The translations under genes and the position numbers were made by a program. 64,000 bases of DNA, taken from assembly GCA_964276515.1 (NCBI GenBank), contig OZ193909.1:18972001-19036000 (forward strand), in the 5' to 3' direction. This stretch comes from Gordius albopunctatus (Eukaryota). How positions within the stretch are numbered: the first letter of the stretch is position 1; every line of letters starts with the position of its first letter. Shown here one piece after another: positions 51,191-64,000 of the stretch. The notes below the pieces were generated by a model. That model searched no databases. It saw nothing but the letters and a program-made list of their open reading frames with translations, and had not been told where the DNA came from.

Positions 51191-52660
51191 GGCACCGTCT
51201 TAATACGTGATTCAACTTCAACCCTGTTGAATATAGATAATGGTTTATTTAATTTAATTAAATAAAATAACACGTCTTATATATACAACAAACTCCGCCA
51301 TTTTTTTCTGTCCAAATACGCGATTCACGTTTCATGGATACAATTTCTTTATTAATCATTTTACTCTCTGATCATGCTTTAAAAAAGATGAGAAAGAAAT
51401 AAAATGTCCTATATAAACAAAGACATGATCTTGGGGAGTTTAATGCAGCAAAGCACCTTTTATTATATCTTAAGTTATATTGAAAACGATATTGATCATT
51501 CAAATGATAAAATTTTATGGATTTGTCTGGCTAAAAGGTTAATGGTGACATAAAATTTATTAGCCTCACTGATATACCTTAAGTCTGGAATTTTATCCAA
51601 AAGATTTAGTATACTTGAAACTCCTATAAAAAAAGCTTATAAAGGCTGAAAAGATAGTTCAGTGTATTTGTACACTACAAAATGTACTGATAATAGAGAT
51701 ATGCCTATATATGATATGATTATGAGATTAACAATAACAATACTCAACAAATAACACTTGATAATATCCTTCAACCAAACAAGCTAGAGAGATTTAAGAT
51801 ATTTGTTCTTATTCTAATAATTTTATATTACCATGGTTGTAATTCTATATTATATTTTAAGATATAGAAGTATATATTATTAGTTGAAGTTTTCAAGTTC
51901 TTACTATACTAATAAAAATCAGTTTTTACTTTACCATGATTTGATTTTAGATATTTCACTAAATTGATACAAGGTTTATAAATTTAGACTTATAAAAACA
52001 ACTTTTTTCATATATAAATACAAATTACATAGATATATTATTTTTTAAATTTTGTAGCATATTTAAAGCATTTATTTTAAATGAAAACTTATTGGGATCA
52101 GATAAGTCTTTAAAATCTTGAGGAAGAGAACAAAGAATGTTTTTTAGGATCATGAGAAGTTCTTTGCTTCTCTGCCTCTATATCTATTAGCCTGTTTATT
52201 TGGTAACACAAAATAGAGCTTTTTATTTTATTACAATTTTCCTTATCAGGCTTACTTGCACTATATGACAAGCACAATATTTCTTTCTTAAAACTATCAC
52301 AAAATGTTTTCCATTTAGTTTTGCAATCATCCACTTTTAAAGTTAGTATTTTAATTGATACTAGTTACCAGCCAAGTTGCATTATGTGGCTACCATACCC
52401 CAGGCTTTTTTCATTCAATTATTCATGTGGAGCGTGCCTTTCTACACTTCTTATTAATGTTTTTACTTGTTCTTGTCTAATTATGTAAACATATTAGGTC
52501 ACAGTAATAGCTTACTCAATAGCTTGCATCTTGTTGATCCCGGTTGAGTTAATACAGCAAAACTTCAAAATGACGTGACGCTCGTATTAAGACGCGTCTA
52601 TGTTTTAACATGCATTCGCTTTTTCAACCTAGATTCAAAATCGCGTATTAAGACGCACCC
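51191..52660. mobile_element. PIF/Harbinger-derived non-autonomous element with MADF/Myb-SANT gene remnant
   Basis: TIRs GGCACCGTCTTAATACGTGATT and AATCGCGTATTAAGACGCACCC; flanks TTA / TGA. Minus-strand intron-split remnant at about 52110-52529 (KTLIRSVE...KAWGMVAT*CNLAVDDCKTKWKTFCDSFKKE) is MADF-like; plus-strand RHDLGEF near 51421 resembles a Harbinger nuclease N-terminus. Confidence 0.7.
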
Positions 52661-52679
52661 TGAGCTCATTTCTAGATGA

Positions 52680-53232
52680 CCATCTAACCAAGAGTAGACA
52701 GGTACCTCGGCTTTATGTCACATAAAGAGGGAGTCTGAAAGAAGTCAATGCCTGGATTCAAAAAGGTAGCTTAAACGAAGTATATCCCGTGTAATGTACG
52801 ACAAGAAAATGTTAATATGATGAGCAAACATCAAAGCCTACAAATCCATCGTAAGACCGTTGTTACTCTATGGAAGTGAAACATGGGCATTATACACCAC
52901 GGAAGAAATACAAGCTAAAGAGATGAGAATCATACGTTGGAGCTTGAGGTATACTAAGCTCGGCATGGATCTATGGTGGGCATTATTAAAGAAAATCGGC
53001 TAAGGTGGTTTGGCATATACTAAGAAGGGACACGAATGATGTAAATGGAAAATTACTGGATATGGAGGTACCGAAGATGAGAAGGACCTCGTGTCAAGTG
53101 GAAAAAGCAAGTCGAAAAAGTTGTGAAATCTAAAAAGATTCATTAAGACATGGCATTAACCCGATTAAGATGGAAGAAACTCATCAAAACATCCCCCACC
53201 ACTGTGGGACCAAATACTTTACAAAAAGAACA
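52680..53232 (+). mobile_element. 5'-truncated, decayed RTE LINE
   Basis: YKSIVRPLLLYGSETWAL and LRWFG motifs paralleling the 60349-60894 ORF. Confidence 0.75.
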
Positions 53233-53783
53233 TCTATAATGAGATGCAGTCTGTAGATAATATAAATTTGGATTAAAGGATTTAAAATCAATTTTTGCTA
53301 AATATATTTTAAGTTTACATTAGTGTGAGTTTTATAAAGGGGTCAAGCAGACATATATATTATTTTGTTTTATTATATTAGAAATTATTAATAAATTGCG
53401 GGTTTTCGATAATAGTCAGAATATAATATTATCCCCTTTCAGGAGTGCCTCAATTGAATTAAATATATCCTCTAATTAGCGCCATCTATATGTAATTTTA
53501 ATTAGGGACTAATTTTAACTCTATGTATTCCAATTTCTTTAGCATGTGACTCGATATGATCAAATCGAGATGAGCATCGTGGAGAATTTAATATTGGAAA
53601 ATGCTAAGGGTAGAACGTGAGGTATATATTCATACCCGACTTGTGCGCAGTCGGGAATGCGGGGACAGTTACTAAAGTAAATCAATTGTTAGCTACCTCG
53701 CCCCTATTTCTACCCTGGAGGCTCCGTTTATAAAAAAAATTATATTCAAATCATACTTTGGTCAATAGGTATTTTCCATTGGT

Positions 53784-54189
53784 CAGTAGCGAGGAGACGG
53801 CCAATTATTAATGTTATTAACAAAAACACTTTGAAAATTGTAAAATGCTATTGGGCCGAAAATATTAAAAAATGCTTTCGGGTCGCGTTCGCAATAGTTT
53901 AAAAAAATGTCGGGTCTAAAGCTATAAATACCCCATCTGGGGAAGCAAAGGCCCTTGTATGGGAGGGGCGCGGTGGGACGCGGGAAAGAAATTATATTAT
54001 GGCATGACACTTTAAACATGCTAGTCGCTGCAGCGTCAAGAGTCAGCAGACAGGCAAAAAGCAAATAAGTATCGTATATAAAATAATAAGTAGAGGCATA
54101 GGCCCTTGTAAGGGGAAAGCGGATCCCCCCCCCATGGCTTGACCAGCTCAGCCCCCCCCCCCAAGGCAAAAAGGCTAGCTACGCTACTG
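53784..54189. mobile_element. Small TIR element (CAGTAGCG...CGCTACTG) with partial second copy at about 54297-54445
   Basis: Terminal inverted 8-mers; motif GGCCCTTGTA at about 53950, 54101 and 54420. Confidence 0.45.
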
Positions 54190-54459
54190 ATTGGACCCTC
54201 TAAATTATTTAAATGAGGTAAATGCAAGGGGTGTTTAAATAGGCGCCAAAAAAACGAAATTTTTTCTTGATTTACACTCTGGTCATTTTTTCAATCGGTC
54301 CGTAGCCAGGAGACGGCCAAAAAGCCTACAATATCAATGTTATTAACAAGAACAATATATTATGAATGTTAGGTTAATTAAAAAAAGCAAAAATAATTTA
54401 CCCTCGCCGGAATAGCATAGGCCCTTGTAAGGAAGGCATAGGGTATCGTTTTAAGCCCG

Positions 54460-55423
54460 TCCTGCAGGAGGGTACGGACGGGCTTTGTATCATAAAAATT
54501 TCAACGGGCCGGGCCCGGCTTAACAATTAAAGGAACGCTCGGGCGGGCCTGAGATTTTTTTAACGGGCCTGACTTTTTATAAACGGGCTTGAACGTGTCA
54601 GAGATTATATAAACGGTCATGGATTACAAAGGTTCTTTAAATTCAGGCAATTAAATAAATACGTATATGATTTTTATTAAATATTATTATTAATTGCTCT
54701 ATTCTTTTAACCTCTAATTTTTGTATATCCTGTAGCATTCATTCCTTTTTCAAGCTCTAAAACATTTTTATTCCATTTACCATAGATTTTGTTTAGCTTC
54801 GTATATTCTTTAATAATTAAATTCAATTACTTAGTTACACTGCACCAAATTTTTTTAATTTTATTACAAATTGTACTGGTATTTAGGGCCATATAATTTA
54901 AAATAATTTTGTTCTGATCTAAAACTTAGGTGTATTAACCGATATAAATTAATCGAATCAACGTAAAGTGCTTATTGAAAGTTGAATATTCTCATGTGAT
55001 TTTATTACAGTATTTTAATTTAATGGTAATATTCTAACTTCTTAGGTGAATTAACTTAAGAAAGTGGAATATTCTCTTATAATTTTTTAAAGTAATTTAA
55101 TAGTAGTACTACATTGAAATTTTTTAGGTGTATTAACAGCAGAAATAATTGATGATTTCTTATTTTTACATGATAATTATGGATTTTTTTTATGAATAGG
55201 TCAAAAAATAAAAATTTTTGATATGGCCGGGCGCGGAGTTCGTTAAAAAAATTTGAACGGGTGGGGGGCCTGACGTTTTACTAAACGGGTACGGACGGGC
55301 CTAAAAAATTTACATACGGGTCCGAAGTGATGGAAAAAAATTACGGGCGGGCTCGGAAGGGCCTTGAAGTTTTGAAAACGGGTATGGGCCGACTTTATAA
55401 AAACGGCCCGTTGCAGATCTCTA
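54460..55423. mobile_element. hAT-like MITE with ACGGGC subterminal repeats
   Basis: Many ACGGGC(C) motifs at both ends, terminus GCAGATCTCTA; homologous to 39195-41061. Confidence 0.7.
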
Positions 55424-56591
55424 CTCAGGATGGCTTAATCGAATTCCAATCGGTCGCAGTGTTACATACGACAGAAAAAACGACGCGACGGAAAGCGTTA
55501 CATTCGTTTTGTGACAGTAAACAAATGCAAAGTGAGTCGATAAATTGCATAGCAATTAATATTTATCAAAACATATGATTTATAGCAGCTCGGCTTTGGT
55601 CAACAATATAAAACATATAATTATAGCAATAATGAAGATAATGAAATATGAATCATTTATGGTAAAACAATTCGTTTTCCATGTATTCTCACATGTCATT
55701 TTTAACTTTAAATTTTTTATTAGCTCTGATTTCAATTTAATATTTTCTAGAAAAGCGTAGTCTAAAACTAACGTTTCAGTAAAACCTTCCCTTAAAATGT
55801 TGCAATAATGCCTATTTTGGTTGTCGCAAATAATAAATTTCAAATGACAAAAACAAGAAATTTAAAAAATAGGAAAACAAATCTCATTACCATCCCATGA
55901 TAATAGCGAATCGTTTTTATACGACACAATATAATTCATATGCCATCATAACCGAATGTTTTCCCAATATTTACGATTCTTAATTTTTTAATTTATTTAT
56001 CTCACCTTCACAAAATAATTAATTATCTTCATTTTACTTAAATTTAATAAAATTATTCGTCCATCTAAAACCAAGCTTATCAGCAACACTCGATGATGGA
56101 AAAAAATTTACTTATCGGTTCACAAATTCAAACCTCAAAGCATTGAAGCCAATGCATTTTTGAACGCTTTATTCGAAGGGTAATAAAAGGCACGAAATAT
56201 AACATGCTCCGGTTACAAGTTATCGAGCTAAACGACATTTGGGCGAAGGAATTGAGTTTGGTGGATATATACCGTAGGACAGGCACCCACTCCAAAAACA
56301 TGTTAAAGAGAGTAGAGGAGGCGGAGGGCGTATAGGATGAGAGAAAGAAAGGAAAATTAATAATCGAAAAATGATTCTTACTTAAAAAATGGGTCGTTTC
56401 GCGAAGAGTAAAGGAAAAATGAAAGAGGTCGATATTATGATTGAAACAAAAAACCAGGAGAAAGGGGAAGGGGGGTTACAAATCGTATTATTCGTGTGAA
56501 AAAAATCGTTCAAATTTTGTTTTTTGGAATCCGATGACGTGGTCTAATAATTGCCGGGGGTGTTATGTTGTTGGTGCGAGAAGTTTATTTC

Positions 56592-59500
56592 TTATTTAAC
56601 GGGTATTTTTTCTTCGCTTTGAAATAATTCGAATGTTTCTTCCTCCAGATCTTGAGAGTTCAGGTTGGCTTCTAATGAAGGCAAAATAAAAATCATTAAT
56701 AAAAAAAATAATTGATGGAATCATAAAATATTTCATAGTAGTATCGTAAAAAGGGTGGACTTTCGGTTTTAGTCGACTCAAAGGTTTCACCAAAAATCGT
56801 TAGTTTGCTTATGTTTAGTTGACTAAAACTAACGTTCGACAAAAGTAATGGGAACGTGGCTCTAGCGGAATATAGATAAAACCAAGGAAATAATAAACTT
56901 AACGAACTTGCTATGCTAAAACAGCCTTCCCAAATCGAAGGTTCGTTCGTACAAAAATTCAAAAAAGATTGTGTTTAAGTGAAATCAAATGTTGTTAATC
57001 ATTATGCAATTTCTAGGCAGGGTCGGGCAACTTTGAAAAAAAGAACCGAAAAAAGATTGGCCGTTTCGATTCCTAAGTATGAGACAGTTACTATAGTTCA
57101 AATTTATAACGCAACAAATAAATATGATGGCAAAACTTACCGGCTAAGAGGGCGTCTCGGGCACTTTGAATTTGCTTTATCCTTTCGGCCTTGGCTTGTT
57201 GATAATCGGTAAATGCTTCACGTTCTTTCCTCCTCTTTTCTACCAATTCCTAAACAAAGATTCCCCCCAAAAAATAAATTTTAACGAATGGAGTTACAAT
57301 CACTTAGCCCCAACTAACTGTGATTTTCGAAAATATTCACTCGTGTTCGCGCGTAAGTTTACTAAATCCTATACAAATTTTTCGATAAAAACGTAAATTC
57401 CAAGAAATATTTTTGTCGCTTTTAAACGGCTCACCTCAAAATCAATCATAAATTTAAACCAAAATTCAAAGCAACAGCTTTTAAAAAAGTTTTAATAGCG
57501 ATTTTTACTATTTTTAATGATATATATCCAAAATGCGTTAAAGAGACGTCAAAAAATGCTAGCAATTTTTGATGATATTTACTTTAGACGCCAGGGAAAC
57601 CATCATTTTGTCTTGTACGTCGAAGTGCGTGCTATATTTTTTCAGATTTTTCTTAATCTCCTTGATTTTTTCTTCCTTCAACAAGCACGGTAGTCTAGGG
57701 CGCCACTTGAATTCCAACAGATGGGGTACCGCCTTTTTAGAAACGAGTTTGCCTTGGAACGTCCATATGCGAAAATCGTTATCTTTCTGTTATTGCAACG
57801 ACAGTTTTGTAAATAAAAAAAGGAGTCTCCCCAGCACACGAAGGTAAAACATAGAAAGCGACAAAGTTTCGCTCATAGCATAGGTATTGCTGTAAAAACG
57901 GATGGGTTTTGCAGCCGTTTGTACAACACTAGTGTTCATTAAAAAATCCATGACACCCAGAAGAGGTTGCAATCTTTTTCGGACACCGAGAAGTAACAGA
58001 TGTCATTAGAGGGGGGGGGCGAAACGTTTAAAAGTTCAATTAGGGGGAGGGGCAATGGGGGGGGCCTCCCCCTGGTTACGCCCATGTCATTAGCACCTCG
58101 ATTAAATAAAAAAATCTTACTCTGGATTTGAGGAAGGTAACGGCGGTGGTAATGAAACGTCCGGTCGGGTCCCATTCCACGTAATCGAGATAATTGTGAA
58201 TAGCTTCTCCCAGCCTAATCATATCCCTCGTATCGATAAATTCGAGCGATCCCGCTTCCCTAATCACAAAAAATGCGAAACATAATTTATTTGTTAAAAA
58301 TTCTCGCATTTGACAATAATTTGAGAAAAATACATGAAGCATCGTATAAAAAACGACATGCGCCTTATAATGAAAACAAGAATTTGCACATTACTTAAAT
58401 TGATAATCGAGCATTGGATTTTAGAAAGCATATAATTTAGTTAAACGCTGTAACTTTATTCTAAACCTATTCGTAAAACTTCGTTTTACGAATGATTTAC
58501 CGTGAAAAATGTGTGCAAAAATGCAGGGCAAACTCGTGCAAAAACAATTTTTTAGACCGGATCTCAATCGAATGTTTAAATGACCCTCCTAACTTCTAAG
58601 AATTTAATCGATAATCTTAATGCACTCAAATTTTGTGAACTCCCTGTTGTATATGGGAATGAGGAGTTGGGGGAGAAGGGGATATTAAAACTGACAATGT
58701 AATAAGGAGAGAGGGTCAAAGCGGATTGAGAAAAAGAATCGAGGAATTGATATAGGCAGAGAGAAGCAGCCCTCGTGAGTGCAAAAAGAACATTAGAAGA
58801 TATTCAGAAAAGAAATCGTTTCATTATTATTGTAAATTCAACAATCAGGTACCCCTAGAGTGCTACGGATATTGACTATTTCGTGCAATACTGTGTCGTT
58901 TGTTAATGATAAATTTTTGGATACGAAGGGATTTATTGTGACTTAAGATTAATATTAAAACAACCGGGTTTTGAAAGTAAGTTAGCATTGAAGATCTAAA
59001 CTTAAAGGTTTTCGTTATCGTGCTCCAAATAGAAATCCCTGAACAGCAGCTATTTTAAGTACCTTTTTACCAACTAAGCTATGCATAAATCTAATAATTT
59101 CAATATTGTTCCTTTAAAAAATATACATATGTAACAGATAATAATAATTTGGAGCTTACGCTTTGGCATGGATTTCAGCGGTAACGAGAATTTGACCGGT
59201 CGGGCACCAAAACAGTTTATTGCATTTTTTGCCCGCTATTTCCTCTAAAAGGATCAACCAGAACATATGCAATTTATAATAAAAAATTGGATAAAGCATC
59301 TGATTTTTAAATAGAGTTTAGAATGGAATCAAGCTCTAACAAACAATATTTTAAAAAACGTATAAACCAAAATATTTAGTTGAGCCCATAAAGAATAATA
59401 GAATTTGGGTATGGCAGCCAACCAGCGGTGAGCAGCTAGTCTATATGTGAAAGCAGAATAAACGTTTTTTACAGAAGCATAAGTCGACGGCCATTAAACC

Positions 59501-59739
59501 CCCCCCCCGTATAAGTTTTCCCGGCAAATAGCGGAAATTAACGAGTTGGACCGGACGGAGGAACGGACAACGAAAATCGAGGCGATAAATTGCATAGCAA
59601 TCAATCGTTTACTTACTTATCACGCTCGGTTTTCGGCCTTTGTTGATCTCGTATAGGGAAAGGGTGGTGGACACTTGATGGTCGGAGATGACGGCAAATT
59701 TATGTCCTTTCGGTTCCCAGTCGAAGTCTAAAATCTTAC
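56592..59739 (-). CDS. EIF3B: Eukaryotic translation initiation factor 3 subunit B, last six exons (gene continues beyond the window)
   Basis: Exons 59617-59739, 59160-59244, 58121-58259, 57583-57786, 57141-57249, 56592-56671. Motifs FDWEPKGHKFAV, LFWCPTGQ, VEWDPTGRFITTAV, IWTFQGKL, FKWRPR, IKKNLKKYS, ASKELVEKRR match the eIF3b/Prt1 C-terminal half. Confidence 0.95.
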
Positions 59740-60267
59740 CTAAAGGCAATCAGACAAACCGGTTTATCAATACTTTATAACTAATAATTCATGATGATTC
59801 CTACAATTAGCCGAAGGAAGTTATGTAATCACAGAATATGCAATGATACATTCTAAAAACTATTACCATTAATTTGTAAAAATTGCTAAATAAATTTTTA
59901 TAACTAACAATATTCCCAGATTAAAAGTTGTGAGGGGTGCCTTTATCACCAAAATGACTGTTATAGAATAAAATGTTAGCATGTCAATAAAATAATAATA
60001 AAAAAGAGTTAATAGATGTTAAAAAATAACGGTTAACTAAGCAAAAATGGGATTAAAATAGTTTATATTTCGTATGTAAATCTGCGTGATTATAAAGATA
60101 ATTATTTCAAAAAAATTTAAATCTTACAAAAATTTCTAATCTTTATATTAAACTGTAATTGATCACTTAGTATGAAGGTCTACAAAAAAAAATCCTGCAA
60201 TCGGACCAATAATCCTGATAGAGAATTTTGCGCTGATCATAAATATGTTTTTAGTTTTTTTCCAAGA

Positions 60268-63200
60268 CTTCCAGTTTTTTAGATAAATGAGGTTAACAGT
60301 GTAAAAAATGGCCCTTATAAGGTATTTTGAAGTCAAATCTTCTTCTTTCTATGACTGCTTGTCACCTAGGCTGGTGGTCAGTCCTTTCAGCATTCGTTTC
60401 CATTTGTTTCTATGTTTACATAGATCTTTCTTCATCTTGTGGACTTTCATATCATGCCCTATTTTATGAATCCAGGTTAGTTTGGGTCTTCCTCTCTTTC
60501 GTTTTCCTGGGAAATTTATCATCTCGATTTTCTTTCCTACGTAGCTATCGTCCCTTCTTTCGACATGGCCATACCATCTTAGTCTATTTGTTAGGAGCTT
60601 TGTCGAAATTGATGTAGTACCCAAAATTCTTCTTATTTCTTCATTTCGCCTATGGTCCTTTTTGCTTACTCCTAGCACCCATCTTAGCATTCTCATCTCC
60701 ATGGCCGCAAGACGTTGCTCGTCTCTTTTACGTATAGCCCATGATTCCGAGCTATACAGGACTGTTGGCTGTATGATGGATTTATACAGTGCGCCTTTTA
60801 GTCTTCTCGGGATGTTTTTGTCGCACAGAACACCTGTCAAGTCCCTCCACTTGAGCCATCCGGAATTTATCCTTGCTTGAATTTCTTTATCCATTCCACC
60901 ATCCGATTGAAGCGTTGATCCTAACTATTTGAAGGAATCCACGCTTGTAAGTTGCCAATCGCCTATTTGTCTTCGTGTATTCTGTTTTCTTTCGATTTAC
61001 CCTGAGACCACTTTCTTCTATTGCATTTACCCATCTATTTACAGTGTTAGCCAATTCTTGTTCGCTTTTGGCACAGAGGATTATATCGTCTGCAAAGATC
61101 ATTTCCCAAGGAGCTTCCTCGCCCAAATCCTTGGTAATATTATCCATTATCATTATAAATAGGAAGGGACTAAGAGCTGAACCTTGATGAACTCCAGTGT
61201 TGATGGCAAAGCCTTTTGTAGTCCCCACCGTTGTTCTAACGTACATTCTATTTCCCTTGTACATATCTTTTATTGCTCTGACGTATACTTGTGGCATATT
61301 GTTTTCTTCAAGACATTTCCAAACTAAATTACGAGGAACTTTATCGAACGCTTTTTCTAGATCGATGAAACACATGTGCAAATCCTCTTCCCTTTCTTTA
61401 AACCGTTCCATTAATCTTCTAACACTGTTTAGGGCGTCTGCTGTAGACCTCTAATTGGTTATCTCGAATTTAAACCAAACTCCGAAGCCGTTTTTCGATC
61501 ACTTTTTCCCACACCTTGAAAGTGTGACTCATAAGCTTTATCCCTCTGTAATTGTTGCAATCCTGAATGTCCACTTTCATCTTGTATATCGGGATCATGT
61601 AGCTATCCCTCCACTCGTTAGGCATTACACCCGTTTTCAAGATATTGTTGAAACGGTTGGCGAGGAATTGTGCACCAGTATTGCCTAACGCTTTGAAGCC
61701 CTCTATTGGTATATTGTCGGGTCCAAGAGCTTTTCCTGGCTTTAGTTTACTCATAGCAACTTTCACTTCCGTTTCCGTGATCCAGTCCGCTGTGTTTAAT
61801 TCTCCTATTGTATTTTCCTGGTTAGTGTCTTCGACTACAGGCCCCTTTTCAATTGATAAATCGCTATAATAGTCGTACCATCTTTGTAGTATATGGCTGT
61901 CGTGTGTTAGAATTTCTCCCTTTTGACCCTTAATTAGCCGGCATTCTAGGTAATCTTTAGAATTTCGGGCCCTCGACTTTGCGATTTTGTAGATCAATCT
62001 TTCTCCTTCCTTTGATTTAGTTTCACATTTATATCGGCGTACACCTTGTTTTTAGCTTTGGCTACGAATTTTTTGGCCGATCTTTTAGCTACTTGGTAAG
62101 CTTGCTTATCATTACTATCCTTGCTTTTATACCAAACTTTGTACAATCTCTTCTTTTCCTTGATACATTTTTGCACTTCTTCCTTCCACCACCACGTTTC
62201 CTTGAGAATTCTTTTAGTGGGCTTGCTTTCACCTAGTATTTGTCGTCCCGCTTTTCGCATTGTGGCAGCTATACCATTCCATTGATCCTCACATCAAGTA
62301 TTTTCCTTAAATTCAGCAAGTTTAATTACTTGTTCCTGAAAATGTTGAATATTATCCTTTAATTTCCTCCATTGTATAGTAGCGACTACTCTTTGAACTT
62401 TTTGCCCTTTAATATAAAGTCCATCACCAACAGCTTGTGTTGGCAGGCCAATATTTCACTCGGTATTACCTTAACATTTTGAACATACTTTAAGTGCGCT
62501 CTGTTGACTAGAAAGAAATCTATCTGAGTGGTACGGCTGCCACTTTTGTACGTTATGAGATGTTCCTGTCTCTTTTTGAAGAAGGTATTTCCTATTGCTA
62601 GGTCAAAAGCTTGAGCAATTTCTAGAATTTTCGTACCTCCTTCATTTCTTAGGCCGTAACCCCGACCACCGTGATTTATTTCAAATCCTCCCCTTGATTT
62701 TCCCACGTGACCATTGAGGTCCGCTCCGATAATTATTAGTCCCTCTTTACCGAATTGGGATAGAACATCTTCAAGCTCCTTCCAAAAAGACTCTTTTTCC
62801 GTCTGAGAGCATCCACTTTGAGGGGCGTATGCTGATATAACGTTTATCGTAGTAGATTTATAACAAAGCTGTATCGCCATAATTCTGTCATTGAATCTCT
62901 TAACGTCGGCGACAGTTTGCTGACATTCTTCCGAGAGCACTATACCGACGCTATTCCGGTGAGTTTCTGTGCCGTAAAAATATAATTTGTATCCGTCCCC
63001 TATGTATTTTGCTTTTTGGCCCTTCCATTTGGTCTCTTGTATACACGCGATATCGATTTTTCTCCTCCTTAGAACGTCTGCCAATTCTCTGCTCTTGCTA
63101 GTCATTGTACCAATATTCCATGACCCAAGCTTTATCCTACGCAAACTAACGTCTTTAACCGCTTCCGTTTGTTGAGAGAGCGGTAGCCTTCGTTTATTTC

Positions 63201-64000
63201 CCACACATTCCAGGCGAAGAATGCGCGCGTCGCTAAGGGGGACGCCCTATGGTTTTCATTCTGCGTCTTTGTTGTAGTATACATTTTGGTTTATATGGAA
63301 TGAGGGAGTATTGATATCCCGGCCTTCCAAGCCTCACGGAACTATGTTAGATTTTGGTGCTTGACTTCCTACTATTCTTTATGATGCCGTCATTTTGGTG
63401 AATTAAACTTTTCTTTAGACCAATCGTATTGAAAGGCTTAATCTAGCTCTTCCATTTCACAAAGTACTCCCTCAAAAAGCCCAGAAATTTTAGTCTGACC
63501 CTTCACCAAGAACCTTGCCAATAGGGTGACCGCATCAGTAACAAACATAAAAATTGTGTTTGGCTACCAAAGGTATAGCTTCTTGGATCACGAGAGTACA
63601 CGAGCTCAACCACCACTACAAGCTATTTTGAAGTTAAATACGAACGCCATTCTAAATTTATAATGAGAAAAATTAGTGTTTTTGTGTAGATTTAAGTCTC
63701 ATCTCCCCTCGTATTAATTTATTTTTATTATTTCACCTCTATATTTAAATTAAATTCGTGCCACAACGTCTGGAAAAAGGAGTACATTAGAGAGTACATA
63801 CTACACACGCGCTGTTTCTCTCCCTTTCACATCTCCTCCACTCCTGCCCCCATATCTATCCAAGCACACATGAAGAAATCTACACAAAAACACTACGTTT
63901 TTTCATTATAAATTTAAAATGGCGTTGGTATTTAACTTCAAAATACCTTAAAAAGGACATTTTTTACACCTTTAACCTCATTTATCGAAAAAACCGGAAG
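60268..64000. repeat. Fold-back (long inverted repeat) element whose left arm is interrupted by the RTE
   Basis: 60268-60338 plus 63640-63693 is the reverse complement of 63877-64000; the right arm runs off the window end. Confidence 0.8.
60339..63619 (-). mobile_element. Near full-length RTE-clade LINE, frameshifted, in an eIF3b intron
   Basis: APE endonuclease (GSWNIGTM, IQETKW, AYAPQ, ADLNGH, QIDF) at 62386-63204; RT motifs (NYRGIKL, FIDLEKAFD, GVHQGSALSP, FADD); GKRKRGRP tail; (GAA)n 3' end; ~20-bp TSD AAG(G/C)TATTTTGAAGT(C/T)AAAT at 60319-60338 and 63620-63639. ORF broken into at least five pieces. Confidence 0.95.

Noticed and set aside
52110..52529. Domesticated MADF transcription factor gene
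   Set aside because: Contains in-frame stops and a frame break and lies between Harbinger-type TIRs; treated as a transposon remnant.
1..64000. tRNA, rRNA or spliced-leader RNA genes
   Set aside because: None recognised by eye; a covariance-model search would be needed to exclude them formally.

Overview
AT-rich eukaryotic genomic DNA, most likely an invertebrate animal (the taxon cannot be named from the sequence), with GT-AG spliceosomal introns and dense transposon debris. Five host genes could be rebuilt exon by exon with consistent phases: (1) the 3' part of a DeSI-1/PPPDE peptidase fused to a PUL-like helical domain (+, 314-8163); (2) an F-box/LRR protein (-, 15559-21479); (3) a secreted CAP/SCP (CRISP/VAL-like) protein with a Cys-rich ShK-like tail (-, 22744-27407); (4) VPS41 (-, 31675-51093, 21 exons, about 998 aa); (5) the 3' exons of eIF3b (-, 56592-59739). 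The most striking structure is a three-level nest at 9392-14931. A DD34E IS630/Tc1-type transposon with ~317-bp TIRs and TA TSD has a 42-nt intron in its transposase. A hAT-type MITE (8-bp TSD) inserted into that intron. Inside the MITE a 32/33-bp unit expanded to a ~3.4-kb tandem array, and un-amplified single-unit relatives sit at 1241-1612. Also present: a near full-length decayed RTE LINE inserted into one arm of a fold-back element, a Helitron carrying a CRE-like LINE fragment, a Harbinger remnant abutting the VPS41 start, piggyBac/Gypsy/CRE remnants and many MITEs. CpG is sharply depleted over about the first kb of the two housekeeping-type genes whose 5' ends are visible, suggesting 5'-biased germline gene-body methylation. 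All counts are by eye; no searches were run.
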